Source of the DNA: Octopus sinensis
Taxonomy: Eukaryota
NCBI RefSeq assembly: GCF_006345805.1
Contig: NC_043006.1
Location: 73,904,001-73,968,000, forward strand
Reading direction: 5' to 3'
Length of the DNA stretch: 64,000 bases
Made by a program: the position numbers and the translations under genes. Under the pieces are notes generated by a model that was given only the letters and a program-made list of their open reading frames with translations, had not been told where the DNA came from and did no database searches. Shown here in pieces: positions 38,336 through 52,733 of the stretch (the first letter of the stretch is position 1; each line of letters begins with the position of its first letter).

Positions 38336-41300
38336 AGTATTATCAGTACAATCGTCTGTTGAATATTATAGGCTTAGATTTTCACCATCACATTATTATA
38401 AATGTGTATTGTTTATGTTTTCCGTTTTGAATTTTGCAATGTCACTATCGGTATCTTATCGTTTATAATCATTGTATTCCTCGATGTTAGTTGTTGTCCT
38501 CAACACCTCTGTATACATAAGGAAAACAAGGAGTGTGCCTAAAACTTCACTGATCTCCAGCAGATTTGAAGACATCTGATATGAATTGCCCGTTGTTCGT
38601 TGCCTAGATATGTTGATGAAATAACAGATGTGTATTTTCATTTTCTTAAATATTGTTCATTCTGGGAGGACGTTTTCTTGGCACATTCTTCATACTTTTA
38701 CTGTATTTCCCTTTTCGCATTTCGACATAAGTTTATACAGTCTGGCAGCTTCTGTTTTACTGGTCTTGTCTGTTATATTTAACAAGCTATAGTATTAATG
38801 CAAATTAAATATTTTCATCTGAAATTATTAGAGTTTAAATTTCTTTACTTTACATCGTTTTACACTTCCCAGAAAAGTTAATTCGTATTCCAATTGGCTG
38901 CTTGAAAAGAAGAAATAAAATAATCCAGAAGAAATAAAACAATCAACTAGATATTTGAGAGACGTGTTTTAATGTCATCAGCTTATCCCATTTCCTTCAG
39001 ATTTTCATTAAATTCAAAGTGGACCTAGAGACCAATAGATTTATTCTCATATAGAAAATATTTCATTCACATAACTGTAAGGTATTTTAAGAATTCTAAT
39101 AATACATTAAATTACGGTTTTAGTCGTTATCGTTAATTCCTAACAGGTTTTCTTTGATTTCTTCTGTTAATATATTTTTGGGGTTAAATTACTTACCAAG
39201 TCGATACTATTCCCGAGGTAATAACTTAAGCAACAACACAGTTTTATATTCATGTCAGAATGTATTTAATCTCTTGTTGGTCCTATAAAAACATCACACG
39301 GTACATTTTTAAACAGTAAAATTTTATTTCACACCATTCATTCATTTTTCCATGATTTCAAGAATTTCACAAGCACGCTCAGAGGATATTACTAAATGAG
39401 CCAAGCTGTTTTGTTCTTTGGTTTTTAGCTTTGCTTAAAGAGTTCCAACTGTATACCGTCTCCTCCCCACCTTGAAAGGAAGAAAGTTTCCAAATGGACG
39501 ATAGTCTCACAAAAGTAGACCTTCATTTTACAAAACACTTGCTGAAAACTATACTGCTAAAATTTTGTATCTTTTTCCGACTGATGCTATCTTAGAATTA
39601 AATATTTATTTTGTCATTTCAGAGGAGATAATGGTGTCAGATATATAATTACATTATGAACTATGTATAAACTTCTTGTAAAATCTAATACAAAAGCCTC
39701 TGTCGGAAATTCAACTGACTACAAAACATTTTGACGATAGAAATATTATAGAAATCTCCATCGACATTTAGCAGGATACAAATAGAAAGATTCTTTGTCA
39801 GTGCGTCCTGAAAAACGTCAGTTGATGCTAATTAGGAACATGTTAATTACGTTGCATTCCGTTATTTTTCTCGTTGATTATGAATCTGTTTTGGCTCCGA
39901 GAAAATTTAGTGTACTTGTACTCTCTTAATTCTATCGGAGTAAATATGTTTTGGTATCTAATTATAACACTCTCTTTTCACCTGAAAGGTTTTAACTATC
40001 TCTTTTGCAACATATTTTGTTGAAACTTCGCTCATTTGATTTCTTTCAAATATGAGTGCCTGACAAATTCTTAGACTGCTCTTATGGTGTAGCTGAATTG
40101 CATTTACCGGGTCAAGGTTCTATTTTTGTCAGATTTTCATTTTACAAAACACATTAAATATAGTGTTAGTCAATTGTTTCATATAATAAATTTATGAAAA
40201 TGCCAACTGTCTATCAGCACATTGAAGTGGAATTTCGAATTCTCAGTTATTATGGTGAATACTTAGAATTGAATATTCATCAATTCTGAAAACATTTTTA
40301 TAATAAATTTCATTCCCTTTCATAACGAAGCACAGTCATAAGTTTTCTATGTTTGAGTAATTCCATTCCCTCTTCTAGTCAAAAACATCTCCTAGTCGCT
40401 CTACCGATGAGAAATCTACAGGGATATTTCTTGGAGAAACATTTGCAATAGTAATTCCCCATATAAGGATTTGAACTCACTCAGCATATTGCATTTGTAT
40501 ATAATTCAAAAAGAGATCGGAAACATGGACAACAGGAACAGTTGGTTACGTTTCGCAGTATTAACAGAAGATTACGGATTAATATATTTGCAAAAAACGA
40601 CCACCGAAGGCCATTTCTCTGTGAAACACAATTTCGTCCATCTTTCAATATAATTCTATTTTACATTATCGTATATACATATGAAGAATATATCATTATG
40701 TAAAGATACCAGCAGCCATTCAGATTTGCATTTAATGTACTATATAGAGAGTCTCTGCATAGACATATACGTAGTAGGCACAATTCTTTGGCTAAACCAA
40801 CGGCCGGACGGCCTCCATCATCGTTATGACGACATTCACATATTTTTAACAGAAGTACTCTTCTAAAGAAAAGAGGGCGGCAGCGGAAGTTCTGGATATA
40901 AAACTCATGTCACCAACACTACTGCGTCTGATAAAACGTTAGACATGTTAAAACTGGTACTCTGTCGGTGACGACGACGTGGGTTCCAGATGATCTGATT
41001 AACGGAAGAGCCAGCTCATGAAATTAACGTGTAAGTGACTGAGCACTTCACAGATGAGCGACCCTTAACATAGTTCTCAGTGAGATGTAGCATAACAACA
41101 GAATGTGACTTTGCTGGCCCTTTGAAATACAGGTACTACTCCCTTTTACCAGTTGAGTGGAATAAAGCAACGTGAAAGAAAGTGTTTTGCTCAATTACTC
41201 AACGTGCTTCCGGGAATTGAACTCACAACCTTACAATCATGATCGAAATACTCCTAACTACTAAGCCACGCGTCTTCACGCCGGTCATGTTAAGACGTAT

Positions 41301-42159
41301 TTAGTCATAGGTGTATTTGGTGAGAAGGACGACCTGGGGTTAAACAGCAGAAACATCAACTTCAACAACATCATCGTTGGTAACAGAGAGAGCCTCTACA
41401 TGGTCCCTCAGAGAAATAAGGGAAGTTAACCTCGATTTACAATTTGTAATCGAATAGCCTCACCCAACTAAAACTGCTGGCCTTGTGCTAAAATTTGAAA
41501 CAAACAAAGCCGACTAATTCGATAAAATGCGTCACAGCCTATCTTTCGACGTCCTCCGTTCTGAGTTCAAATCCAGCCGATGTCAAAATATCATAATTCT
41601 TTCAAATTATGGCACATAATTTAGGAGAGAGGCGGAGGCAAGTCGATCAGAGAGATCCCAGTCGTCGATTAAGTATTTACATCAATTCATTGACCTCGAA
41701 GAGATTAAAGCTAAGTCGAATTCGGTGGAATTTGAACCCGGAATGTAAAAAGTCAGAAACAATACCACAAAGCATTAAGTTCAACGCCTAAACGCCGCCA
41801 CCAGCGCGCCGCCTTCCTAAAACAGTAAATAGTAGCAACAATATAAAAAAAAACATATATATATATAAGATGCAAACAAAACAACATCATGCCAACAGTA
41901 TATCTTCAATTTGACCAAATGTTCAGTTTACAAACTTAGTGTCAGTGAGATTCCAGTTCCGTTCTTAAAATACCATTTTTTCTTTCTGTTGCTGCTGCCA
42001 ATCTGGTTATGCAAAGCTGATAACACTAATTGCCTTATCAAATTAAAGTTTTTTTCTCCTTTCATTTGTGTTATTTACTGTTGTTGATTCTCTGCGTGAG
42101 TGTGTATAACTGAAAGTATTTTCTGACCCAGCAAAAGAATCTACAGACACGTGTGTGTG

Positions 42160-42171
42160 TTTGTTTATGTG

Positions 42172-42203
<32 letters not shown>

Positions 42204-42303
42204 ACTTCATGTGCACACATATATACGCAATGATACGTACATACAAACATAAACACAAACATATATCTTTATGGAAACTTATACATATATATCGGTATGC
42301 AGG

Positions 42304-42342
<39 letters not shown>

Positions 42343-42381
42343 ATGTACATATGTGCATGTATATATGTGTATGTATAGGTG

Positions 42382-42427
<46 letters not shown>

Positions 42428-42507
42428 GTCTGTGTGTATGTATATATGTGCGTGTATATATGTGTATGTATAGGTGTATGTATATATATGTGGTGTGTAT
42501 GTATATA

Positions 42508-42584
<77 letters not shown>

Positions 42585-43097
42585 GTGTATATATATATAT
42601 GTGTATATATGTATGTATATATATGTGTATGTATATATATATGTGTGTATATATATGTGTATATGTATATATGTGTATGTATATATATATATATATATAT
42701 AGATAGAGAGAGAGCGAAAGAGAGAGAGAGAGAGAGATAAAGGTGTGTACGTATATACATATACGTACACACATAATATACCTATACATATCATTTGTAT
42801 ATGTACATATGTGCGTGTGAATGTTTGTCTGTGTGTGTGCATATATCTAAATATGTGTGTGCGTCTATGTGTATGTATGTGTCTGCGTGTGCACATCAAC
42901 ATATCAACATATACAAATTCTTACGTTACACTTCAAGATACACCTCAAGATATTGCCGTGCACGTATCAATATGTGTGTGTGTGCGTTTGTGTGTATGTA
43001 TGTATGTATGTATGTATTATGTATGTATGTATGTATGTATGTATGTATGTATGTATGTATGTATGTATGTATGTATGTATGTATGTATGTATGTATG
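42160..43097 (+). repeat. Long (TA)/(TG)/(TATG)n compound microsatellite block
   Basis: Directly visible. Confidence 0.95.
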
Positions 43098-43728
43098 AAG
43101 GACAGATTGCACAGCATTGAAATAAAAACCGCAATACCGTCATAACATAGTAAGTAACAACCAAACACACACGTACTCACACACTGAGAAAGGAAATTTA
43201 AGTCAATTAAAAGTAAATAAAATGTATTCCCAATCTACACGCAAGCGCGCACGCATACACACGCGGACTCGCACATATTGTACGAAGGCGTTCAAGGAAT
43301 GGGGCTGTACAAAGGTTGTTTATCTGAGATATTATATACTTCGCTAGTGTAGCAATAAGCCATGAAAATCTTCAGGGGCGAGGGTCTAGTTGATTAGATC
43401 GACACTATGCTCAACGGGCACTTATTTCATTGACCTCAAAAGAATGAAAGGCAAATTCGACCTTGGTGAAATTTGAACTTGGAATGTAAAGTTGGAAGAA
43501 ATACAGCTACGTGTTGTTTAACGTTTATCTGTTCTACCAGCTGGTAACCTTGTCTTACCAATATTCCGTTCGAGTGGCTGTGTGGTAAGTAGCTTGCTTA
43601 CGAACCACATGGTTCCGGGGTCAGTCTCATTGCGTGGCGCCTTGGGCAAGTGTCTTCTACGATAGCCTCGGGCCAACCGAAGCGTTGTGAGTGGATTTGG
43701 TAGACGGAAACTGAAAGAAGCCCGTCGT

Positions 43729-43763
<35 letters not shown>

Positions 43764-44094
43764 AGATATATATATATATATATGCATGTATATGTATGTG
43801 TGTATGTATACGTTTGTGTGTCTGAGTTTGTCCCCCCCCTCCAACATCGCTTGACAACAGATGCTGGTGTGTTTACGTCCCCGTAACTTAGTGGTTCGTC
43901 AAAAGAGACTGATAGAATAAGTACTAGGCTTACAAAGAATAAGTCCTGGGGTCGATTTGATCGACTAAAGGCGGTGCTCCAGCATTGCCGTAGTCAAATG
44001 ACAGAAACAACTAAAAGAGTAAAAGACCACTGTAGGTAAACATAAGGCCTGATATGGTTTTACTGGGGCGAGTGAGCTAGGCAATTTGGTAGGA

Positions 44095-44612
44095 CTTAGT
44101 GCTCAACAAATATTTATTTCATCGGCTTAGAAAGAATGAAAAGCAAATGCGACCTCGGCGGAATTTGAACTCAGGACGTAAAGACAGACGAAATACCTAC
44201 TTCTTTACTACCCACAAGGGGCTAAACTCAGAGAGGACAAACATGAACAGACAAACGGATTCAGTCGATTATATCGATCCCAGTGCGTAACTGGTACTTA
44301 TTTAATCGACCCCGAAAGGTTGAAAGACAAAGTCAACCTCGGCGGAATTTGAACTCAGAACGTAGCGACGTGGGGAATACCTATTTCTTTACTACCCACA
44401 AGGGGGTAAACACAGGGAGGACGAACAAGGACAGACAAACGGATTAAGTCGATTACATCGGCCCCAGTGCGTAACTGGTACTTAATTTATCGACCCCGAA
44501 CGGATGAAAGGCAAAGTCGACCTCGGCGGAATTTGAACTCAGAATGTAGCGGCAGACGAAATACCGCTAAGCATTTCGCCCGGCGTACTAACGTTTCTGC
44601 CATCTCGCCGCG
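44095..44612 (-). mobile_element. SINE family B trimer
   Basis: Junctions at about 44197 and 44380; single head at about 44610. Confidence 0.88.
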
Positions 44613-44849
44613 TTAGTAAGATATGATATCACAGAACGTATACTACGTCTCACCGCCACTACTTTGGCTATGTAAATGCTACAGACGGACAGAATGGGTC
44701 TGAAATATTTTAACATACAGAAAATACATCATATTTACCATAAGTTACCTCTTCAATATCTTTTTCTCTTCCGACTTCTCCATCAATATATACAATATAT
44801 GTGTGTATGCATGCATGTATGCATGTATGTACATAACATATTCTACCAC

Positions 44850-45062
44850 CTTCTTCTTCTTCTTCTTCTTCTTCTTCTTCAAATTCTTATTCTGCTGTCT
44901 TCTTCTGCTTTCTGTCTTCTTCTTTGTTCTTCTTCTTCTCTTCTTCTTCTTCTTCTTCTTCTTCGTTCTTCTTCTTCTTTTCTTCTGTTCCTTCTTCTCT
45001 TCTCTACTTCTTCTTTCTTCTCTTGGTCTCTTTCTTCTTCTTCTTCTTCTTCTTCTTCTTCT
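44850..45062 (+). repeat. (CTT)n tract
   Basis: Directly visible; contiguous with the 3' end of SINE-A 45062-45538(-). Confidence 0.95.
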
Positions 45063-45538
45063 TCCTTCCAATCACGACTTACGCCATTAGCCACGAAGAT
45101 AATCTCTAATTTGAGCCTACTCTAAGCTACTAAGAATGCGTGTGGCAACTTGAAGATCCACCCACCACGCGATAGACTGGCGGTTGCACGGGCGCGAAAG
45201 CTATGTTGTTATCCTCATTCCATAAACGGTGGCTTGTAACGGGTGGAGAGCTGAACCATCCTAGGGTACAGAGGATTCGCAAACTAGACAAGGGTCTGAA
45301 AGTTTACCACACCATAGTGAGTTACACCATGGTCCCTCTGCTTTGTGGCAGAAGTACCAAGAAAGATTGAAAGTTATGGTGAAAGAGTACAGAGGGGTTC
45401 ACCCCCCCCCCAGGAGCCTCGTGAAGCTTAGGTATTTTTGCTCAATAAACATTCACAATGCCCGGCCCGGGAATCGAAACCGCGTTCTTACGACCGCAAG
45501 TCCGCTGGCCAAACCACTGGGCCTATTGCGATTCCACT
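45062..45538 (-). mobile_element. SINE family A, tail type 4 ending in (GAA)n
   Basis: Head at the 45538 end. Long tail ending GGCGTAAGTCGTGATTGG-AAG(GAA)n, contiguous with the 44850-45062 tract. Confidence 0.7.
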
Positions 45539-46751
45539 ATACTGCCGTTGTCCACTGACTGGAACACGTGAAAATATCACACACACAGACACACACACAC
45601 ACACACACACACAATACGTGTTTCGGTCACTGGGCAGCGGAAACGCCGAGGAACCGCTTTAAAGTTTCTAGACGAAGAAACCGACACCAATTCTTATTCC
45701 TTAAGTCTGGTTCGTATTCTCTAGGACCTTTTAGCCGAACTGCTAAGTTACGGGAAAGTAACCAAAGCAAAACTAGCGGTCAAGTGATGGCGGTGAGAGG
45801 AAAAAGAAAACACGGAGAAACTACTCCTCCCGCACACACACACACATACACACACACACACACATACATACACACACACACACACATGCGCATGCGCCGG
45901 CCTTTCACCCAGTTTCCGTCGAACAGATTCCATTACAATGAATTGGCTCGTTCAAGATGCAACGCAGTGAGACCCTAGAACACGTGGTTATGAAGCGAGC
46001 TCCTTAACCACACAGTCACCGCTGGTGCATATGTGTACACACACAAATACGCGCGCGCACACATAGAGAGAGAGGGGGGTTGGGGAGAGAAATAGAGAGA
46101 GAGAGAGAGGGGGAGAGGTACAGAAACTAAGAGAGAGGCAGAGGGTGGATTGTATGATATCATGGGCGAGACACAGGTTCATACACGCCATAGATACACC
46201 ACATGCTTACATGTACTTCACTCGTGATATAATATGTACCTATCTCTATACGCCGTCTCTCTCGCTCTGCATATGTGTATGTATGTTTGTATGTATGTAT
46301 GTATGTATGTATGTATGTATGTAGTATGTATGTATGTATACGTGCGTGATGTGTGATTGTGCTCTTGACCCGTGATATTAAAACGAAACATTCAACTTGA
46401 AAGGGTAACGAGTTGGGTTTCGGTAAGCATCAACGTAGAAAATAACGCGGATAAGATACGTACAAACTCTCACAAAGATAGAGATAAAAAAAGGGAAGAA
46501 GCATAAACATGTACATAGATTATACTTTACCTCACACAAATAACACGAGTGGAAAATGAGGGCTGTATCAATGTATGCTTAGAGATAAGCATTTCGGTTA
46601 GCTACCTTTCGTTTGTACGCTCTCACCTATAATCAAATTCAGCTGTACATCGCTGCTTTAGCCTCCTCTTCCTTTACCAATGTTACTACACGAACACCAG
46701 CGAACGCTGGGCCATATGTTGTCTATGGATATCCTAGAAATAGCAGTCAAA

Positions 46752-46851
46752 NNNNNNNNNNNNNNNNNNNNNNNNNNNNNNNNNNNNNNNNNNNNNNNNN
46801 NNNNNNNNNNNNNNNNNNNNNNNNNNNNNNNNNNNNNNNNNNNNNNNNNNN
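46752..46851. other. Assembly gap (100 N)
   Basis: Run of N adjoining a (TG)n tract. Confidence 0.99.
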
Positions 46852-46893
<42 letters not shown>

Positions 46894-47354
46894 CATTTAT
46901 ATTTATGATGTGACTAACGCGGTACAAACGGCGCATTATGAATTACATATTCATAGACACAAAGAACCATTCATGTGCCTCAGTATTTACGTTTTAAAGA
47001 ACTTTTAACGATTAACGTTAATACTAACATATAAAGTGATTAAGAAGAGACATTATTGGGCCTTTTTTAACTCCTTGTCGTATAATCCCTGCGTAAAGCT
47101 CATGTGCATATCTATCTTTCTATTCTTGTATTTCTTCGGTCACCGAATTTGTTATAATGTCAAAGGCATGACCGTGAGGTTAAGAAGTTCGATTTGCAAC
47201 CATGTGGTTTTGAGTTCGTTCTCATTGAGTGTCGCCTTGTGGCAAGTGTCTTTTATTATAGTGCCAAGCAGGTGCAGGTCGGTGCCTTATCAATAAATTT
47301 AGTTAACGGAAACTCTGTAGAAACCCGTCATATATGTGCATATATACGATTTCT

Positions 47355-47356
47355 AT

Positions 47357-47408
<52 letters not shown>

Positions 47409-47421
47409 ATCTATCTGTCTA

Positions 47422-47484
<63 letters not shown>

Positions 47485-47569
47485 ATATTTCTATCTTTCT
47501 CTCTCTCTCTTTATACACACACACACACACACACACACACGGTATGTGCTGTGTATCTATCTATCTATC

Positions 47570-47614
<45 letters not shown>

Positions 47615-47627
47615 GTCTATCTATCTA

Positions 47628-47690
<63 letters not shown>

Positions 47691-47742
47691 ATATTTCTAT
47701 CTTTCTCTCTCTCTCTCTTTACACACACACACACACACACAT
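47355..47742 (+). repeat. Tandem duplication of a compound (CTAT)n(CTGT)n(CT)n(CA)n microsatellite
   Basis: The linker TTTGTCTGTCTATATTTCTATCTTTCTCTC occurs twice (about 47474 and 47680). Confidence 0.85.
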
Positions 47743-47747
47743 ATAGT

Positions 47748-48071
47748 GAAGGTGCGTGGCCTAGTGGTTAGAGTATTTGGCTCACGATCTTAAGGTCCTG
47801 AGATAAATTCCCGGCAGCGCATTGTGTCTTTGACCAAGGCATTTTATTTCACGTTGCTCCAGTCCACGCGGCTGGCAAAAAAAATGAGTAGTAGTTGTAT
47901 TTCTAAGGGCCAGCTTTGTCTCACTCTGTGTCATGCTGAATCTCACTGAAGACTACGTAAGGGTACATGTGTCTGTGGAGTGCTCAGCCACTTGCATGTT
48001 AATTTCACAAGCAGAATGTTCTATTGATTGGATCAACTGAAACACTCGTCGTCGTAACTGACGAAGTGCGA
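47748..48071 (+). mobile_element. SINE family D (different tRNA head, shares tail type 2 with family A)
   Basis: Head GAAGGTGCGTGGCCTAGTGGTTAG; body TTTATTTCACGTTGCTCCAGTCCAC; tail GGGTACA..GTGGAGTGCTCAGCCACTTGCA. Related copy at 40955-41280(-); partial copy at about 25720-25975(-). Confidence 0.8.
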
Positions 48072-48361
48072 GTTTATTATATGTATATATACATACGAGT
48101 GGATGCTGAAAATTCCTGGCTTTAAGGGTGTCGTGAAAGCATGTTCACAGGGCCAATCTCCCAAAATCTTTTAACGAAATTTAGTGCCCCACCTTAACAG
48201 CTGCTTTTGTTTGTTTACATCGCCATGAAGTACCAAACTTACAAATAAGTACTCAGTTCGAACGGCTCAACTAAAAGCCTTGAATACAGATGAGGACATT
48301 AAATGCCAAATAAACAGACCTCTACATGTGACTAATCTGGAGATCAACAACCCTCTCACTC

Positions 48362-48830
48362 CACAACATGATACGGATCTTCAACACAAATGTTAAATCT
48401 GTTCTATTTTATGGCTCAGTGACTAGACGAATGACCAAGACTAACACCCACAAGCTTCAGACAGTCACTAACAGATGTCTCAGAAACATCCTTAACATCA
48501 GGTGGCCAGAAGACGTCTCCAATGAACAACTGTGGGACAGTCTAAGACAAGCCACAATCGAGACTGATATCAAGAAACGGAAATAGGAACGGATAGGACA
48601 CACGCTACGAACGCCTGCGCCAGATGTCACCAAGCAGGCTCTTGACTGGAACCCACAGTAGAAGCGAAAAGTGGGCCGACCAAAACAGTTTTGGTGCAGG
48701 AGTGTCGACGCAGAGGTGAGGGCATCCGGAATGACGTGGGTCGAGCTGAAGAGGATCCCCTAGAACCGCGTCCATTGGAGAAATGTTGTTGCGGCCCTAT
48801 GTCTCCCCGAGGAATCAAGAGGCCTAAGAA
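48362..48830 (+). pseudogene. RTE-clade LINE 3' fragment
   Basis: IRIFNTNVKSVLFYGS...RCLRNILNIRWPE..SNEQLW...IGHTLR...KQALDWNPQ*KRKVGRPK...WRNVVAALC. Contains stops. Confidence 0.85.
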
Positions 48831-48957
48831 AGAGAAGAGAGCATTGTCTGAGGATGGCTGATGTTTAGTCGTCTTACGTTAGTAAAAGCTTAATCGATAA
48901 AATATAAAAGATAATATCTCTTTCTAAATTTCCATCCAAGCTATTCCTAGCTCTAGA

Positions 48958-49135
48958 CAGTGGTGTAACTAATAGAGAGGCAAGAGTGTCGACCGCTTTC
49001 CAAGAGCACATTTTCCATAATTGGAGCTTTTTGTAAAGTGTAAAAAGAACGAGTGAAAAATTGCTTGGTATATGTCGCGGCGCCATTTTTTTATGCCCTC
49101 GCTCCCCTTAACTTTTGAACCTGACTACGCCCCTG
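48958..49135. mobile_element. hAT-type MITE (178 bp)
   Basis: Degenerate TIRs CAGTGGTGTAACTA / revcomp CAGGGGCGTAGTCA (9/14). 8-bp TSD GCTCTAGA (48950-48957) / GCTCTAAA (49136-49143). Confidence 0.6.
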
Positions 49136-50633
49136 GCTCTAAATTGTATGTTACAAAAGGTCAGCGAAGGAGCTTTTTTTTTTACTGTTATTCAGGTAGA
49201 GCAGAGAAGCAGGCTATTATCACAGAAATAACATTCGACTTATTTAAATAACGCTTTACTGGTTAATCTTGACTTTGATAGAGCAAAATAGGGGAAGATA
49301 AAAAAACAACGGAATGGTAACTGTTAGAACACATTCGAACGTAGGCACTCTTTAGGAACGGTACTGATTTGAGGCTAAACGGCTGAATGTAAGCACATCA
49401 CCCGGCACTCCTCTTCAGAATCATTATCCTCATTACTACAACAGTCCTCACCATCTTACGACAACAATCCTCACCAGCACCACGAAAGCAACAGCAAGCT
49501 TCACCTCCATCACCGCCACCACAACTTCCAGCATCAGCATCATTACCACCACCACCACCAACAACAACAACATTAGAATCACCGTGATAATTCTTATTAA
49601 AATCAACACCATCGACGCCACAACTGACAGCCACTGAATTTTGCATCACCGTCACCACCGCTAGAAATACAAACACTATCACACCACCAATTCTATCTCC
49701 ACCACTGCAACTGCGACAACCATCACCACCACTACAACCACTATCACAAATGCCAACATTGTCACTGACACTCCTGCCACCACTACTACCACCTATTTCA
49801 TTATTACCCACAAGGGGCTAAACATAGAGGGAACAAACAAGGACAGACATAGGTATTAAGTCGATTACATCGACCGCAGTGCGTAACTGGTACTTAATTT
49901 ATCGACCCCGAAAGGATGAAAGGCAAAGTCGACCTCAGCGGAATTTGAACTTAGAACGTAATGGCAGACGAAATACCGCAAAGCATTTCACCCGACGTGC
50001 TAACACTTCTGCCAGCTCGCCGCCACTACTACCACCACTAGCACCACACCACCTGTAGAGCCACCGCCATCATAACCACCACCAACACCACCATCATCAT
50101 CATCATCTTCATCACTGACGTCATCATCGCCGTCATCTTTGGCTACATAACCTAGAACCCCTAATACTGTTCTCACTACAAGTCATTCTCCGCCATCTTA
50201 CCTGTCCATGATATTAACCTCATAATGTTAGAGTAATTCATAACTTCAACATAATATCTTTATCTGCACGATATAAATTTTCTCAAACTTTACTCTTCTC
50301 CACTTCACTGTACTAAGAATCCGATTTTTCATGTAATTGCACACATTATTGAAAAGGAATCTCACTCAACGAACTTCCTGCTGTGTTTCAAATGGCTACG
50401 GCATGATATTTGTCTTAAATCTTTGAGCGAGATACGTTCTAACAATAATGACATCATGACTGCTACGAGAATATATTATGAATGATTGCTCGTATTAACT
50501 TTCTCTGTGCTTCAGTGTCACATTGACTTGAGAATAACTGAACAGCGCCAACGCCCCCTCCTCCATCGCAATTTACTATCAATATCGACATTAAAACCAG
50601 CACACATCATTAATATGTTTACCACATTTGCTA

Positions 50634-50711
50634 GTTGTTGTTGTTGTTGTTGTTGTTGTTGTTCTTCTTCTTCTTCTTCTTCTTCTTCTTCTTCTTTTCT
50701 TCTTCTTCTTC

Positions 50712-50757
<46 letters not shown>

Positions 50758-50925
50758 CATTCTCTTCTTCTTCTTATTATTATTATTATCATTCTTTTTC
50801 TTCTTCTTCTTCTTATTATTATTATCATTCTTCTTATTATTATTATTAACATTCTTCTTCTTATTATTATTATCATTATCATTCTTCTTCTTCTTTTTAT
50901 TATTATTATTATCATTCTTCTTTTC
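50634..50925 (+). repeat. (GTT)n(CTT)n(ATT)n compound microsatellite
   Basis: Directly visible. Confidence 0.95.
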
Positions 50926-51379
50926 TTTCGCATTTTTTTATTGGTTTCAAATACTGTAGCCCGACCAATCTGGGGCACCGCCCAGAGTGTAATCGATTAT
51001 ATCCACCCTATTACTTATATCGTTGACTAGCAAAATCATAGCCGTTAATCGTAGGCAAGTATAGTTTGATAGCATGTGTCATGCTTTCGGTAAATTTTGT
51101 AGATACTTATGAAGTCACGACCACATATAGATACCTTCTCGGCTACTTCACACTTCAGCGAATTCAAATCCTTCTTTGATCTAGTTGCGTAGTAGATTTA
51201 ACCCGTCATCCTACTTTACCACCACGACCTGGCACTTGGGATGCCTTTGGAAGAGGTCACTCATCTGCAGGTATTTGGGGCCAGGTTTTTCTTTTATTAG
51301 GATACACCGCTTGCTCTCTCCCACCTTTGTCGGCAGCCTTGCGACCGCTCATTACTAGATGGTGATAATTATTATTTCA

Positions 51380-52150
51380 AATTTTTGCCTCAAGGGCAGC
51401 TTGGAGGAGGTGAGGATGAGTCGATTTCATCGACCTCATTGTTCAACTGGTACTTCTTTTATCGATCTCGAAAAGATGAAAAGCAAAGTCTACCTCGGCG
51501 GAATTTGAACTCAGAACGTAGCGACGAGCGAAATACCTATTTCTTTACTACCCACAAGGGGCTAAACAGAGAAATGACAAACAAGGACAGACAAACGGAT
51601 TAAGTCGATTATATCGACCCCAGTGCGTAACTAGTACTTATTTAATCGACCCCGAAAGGATGAAAGGCGAGGTAGACATCGGCAGAATTTGAACTCAGAA
51701 CGTAACGGCAGACGAAATACTGCTAAGCATTTCGTCCACCGTGCTAACGATTCTTTTCTACTCTAGGCGCAAGGCCCGAAAATTTTTGGGAAGGGTCAGT
51801 CGGTTAGATCGACCCCAGTACGCAACTGGTGCTTAATTTATCGACCCCGAAAGGATGAAGGGCAAATTCGAACTCGGCAGAATTTGAACTCAGAACGTAA
51901 AGACAGATGAAATACCTATTTCTTTATTACCCACAAGGGGCTAAACACAGAGGGGACAAACAAGGACAGACATAGGTATTAAGTCGATTATATCGACCCC
52001 AGTGCGTAACTGGTACTTAATTTATCGACCCCGAAAGGATGAAAGGCAAAGTCGACCTCGGCGGAATTTGAACTCACAACGTAACGGCAGACGAAATACC
52101 GCTAAGCATTTCGCTCGGTGTGCTAACATTTCTGCGAAGCTCGCCGCCTT
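51380..52150 (-). mobile_element. SINE family B four-unit array with mixed tails
   Basis: GGTATT junctions at about 51537 and 51916. A second junction type (AGAAAAG|AATCGTTAGC) at about 51753. Confidence 0.85.
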
Positions 52151-52542
52151 CTAGATGATAACAATCAAGAAAAATCTTTCTGGTATCATTATAATGATAC
52201 GACCCGCATGTGCTGTCTCGATTTGTGCAAAATAAGTAATGGAATCACCTTCGCGTTTCGGCAAAAGTGTAGGTACCGGACTTTAAAAAATATGGGAAAA
52301 TTTCTAGTGTGAATTCGTTAGGCTAAAATTCTTCAAGGCGGCTCCCTAACATGGCCGCAGTCTAAATACTGAAAAAGGTAGAGGATAAGAGTCAAAAGAT
52401 GTTGAAAATGGGATCGTGGGATCCCTGATTTACATAGAAAAAGACAAGAGGGCCTTAGATGGAAAGCTTTCGATCAGGGCTGAGTTAGACAAGATCAACA
52501 ACGACAAGAATAGTTACTCAGGGCTCCGTATTACCCACCACC

Positions 52543-52684
52543 ATTGTTGTTGCCCTTGTTGCTATTATTATTGTTGTTGTTGTAGTAGTAGTGGTAGTAG
52601 TAGTAGTGGTAGTAGTAGTAGTAGTGGTTAGTAGTAGTGGTAGTGGTAATAGTAGTGGTAGTAGTTGTAGTGGTAGTTGTAGTT

Positions 52685-52733
<49 letters not shown>

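Noticed and set aside
39199-39284. Minus-strand exon candidate (TTTTATAG ... TTG|GTAAGT)
   Set aside because: Stops in all three frames.
46613-47008. ORFs crossing the N run
   Set aside because: Artefacts of the 100-N gap.
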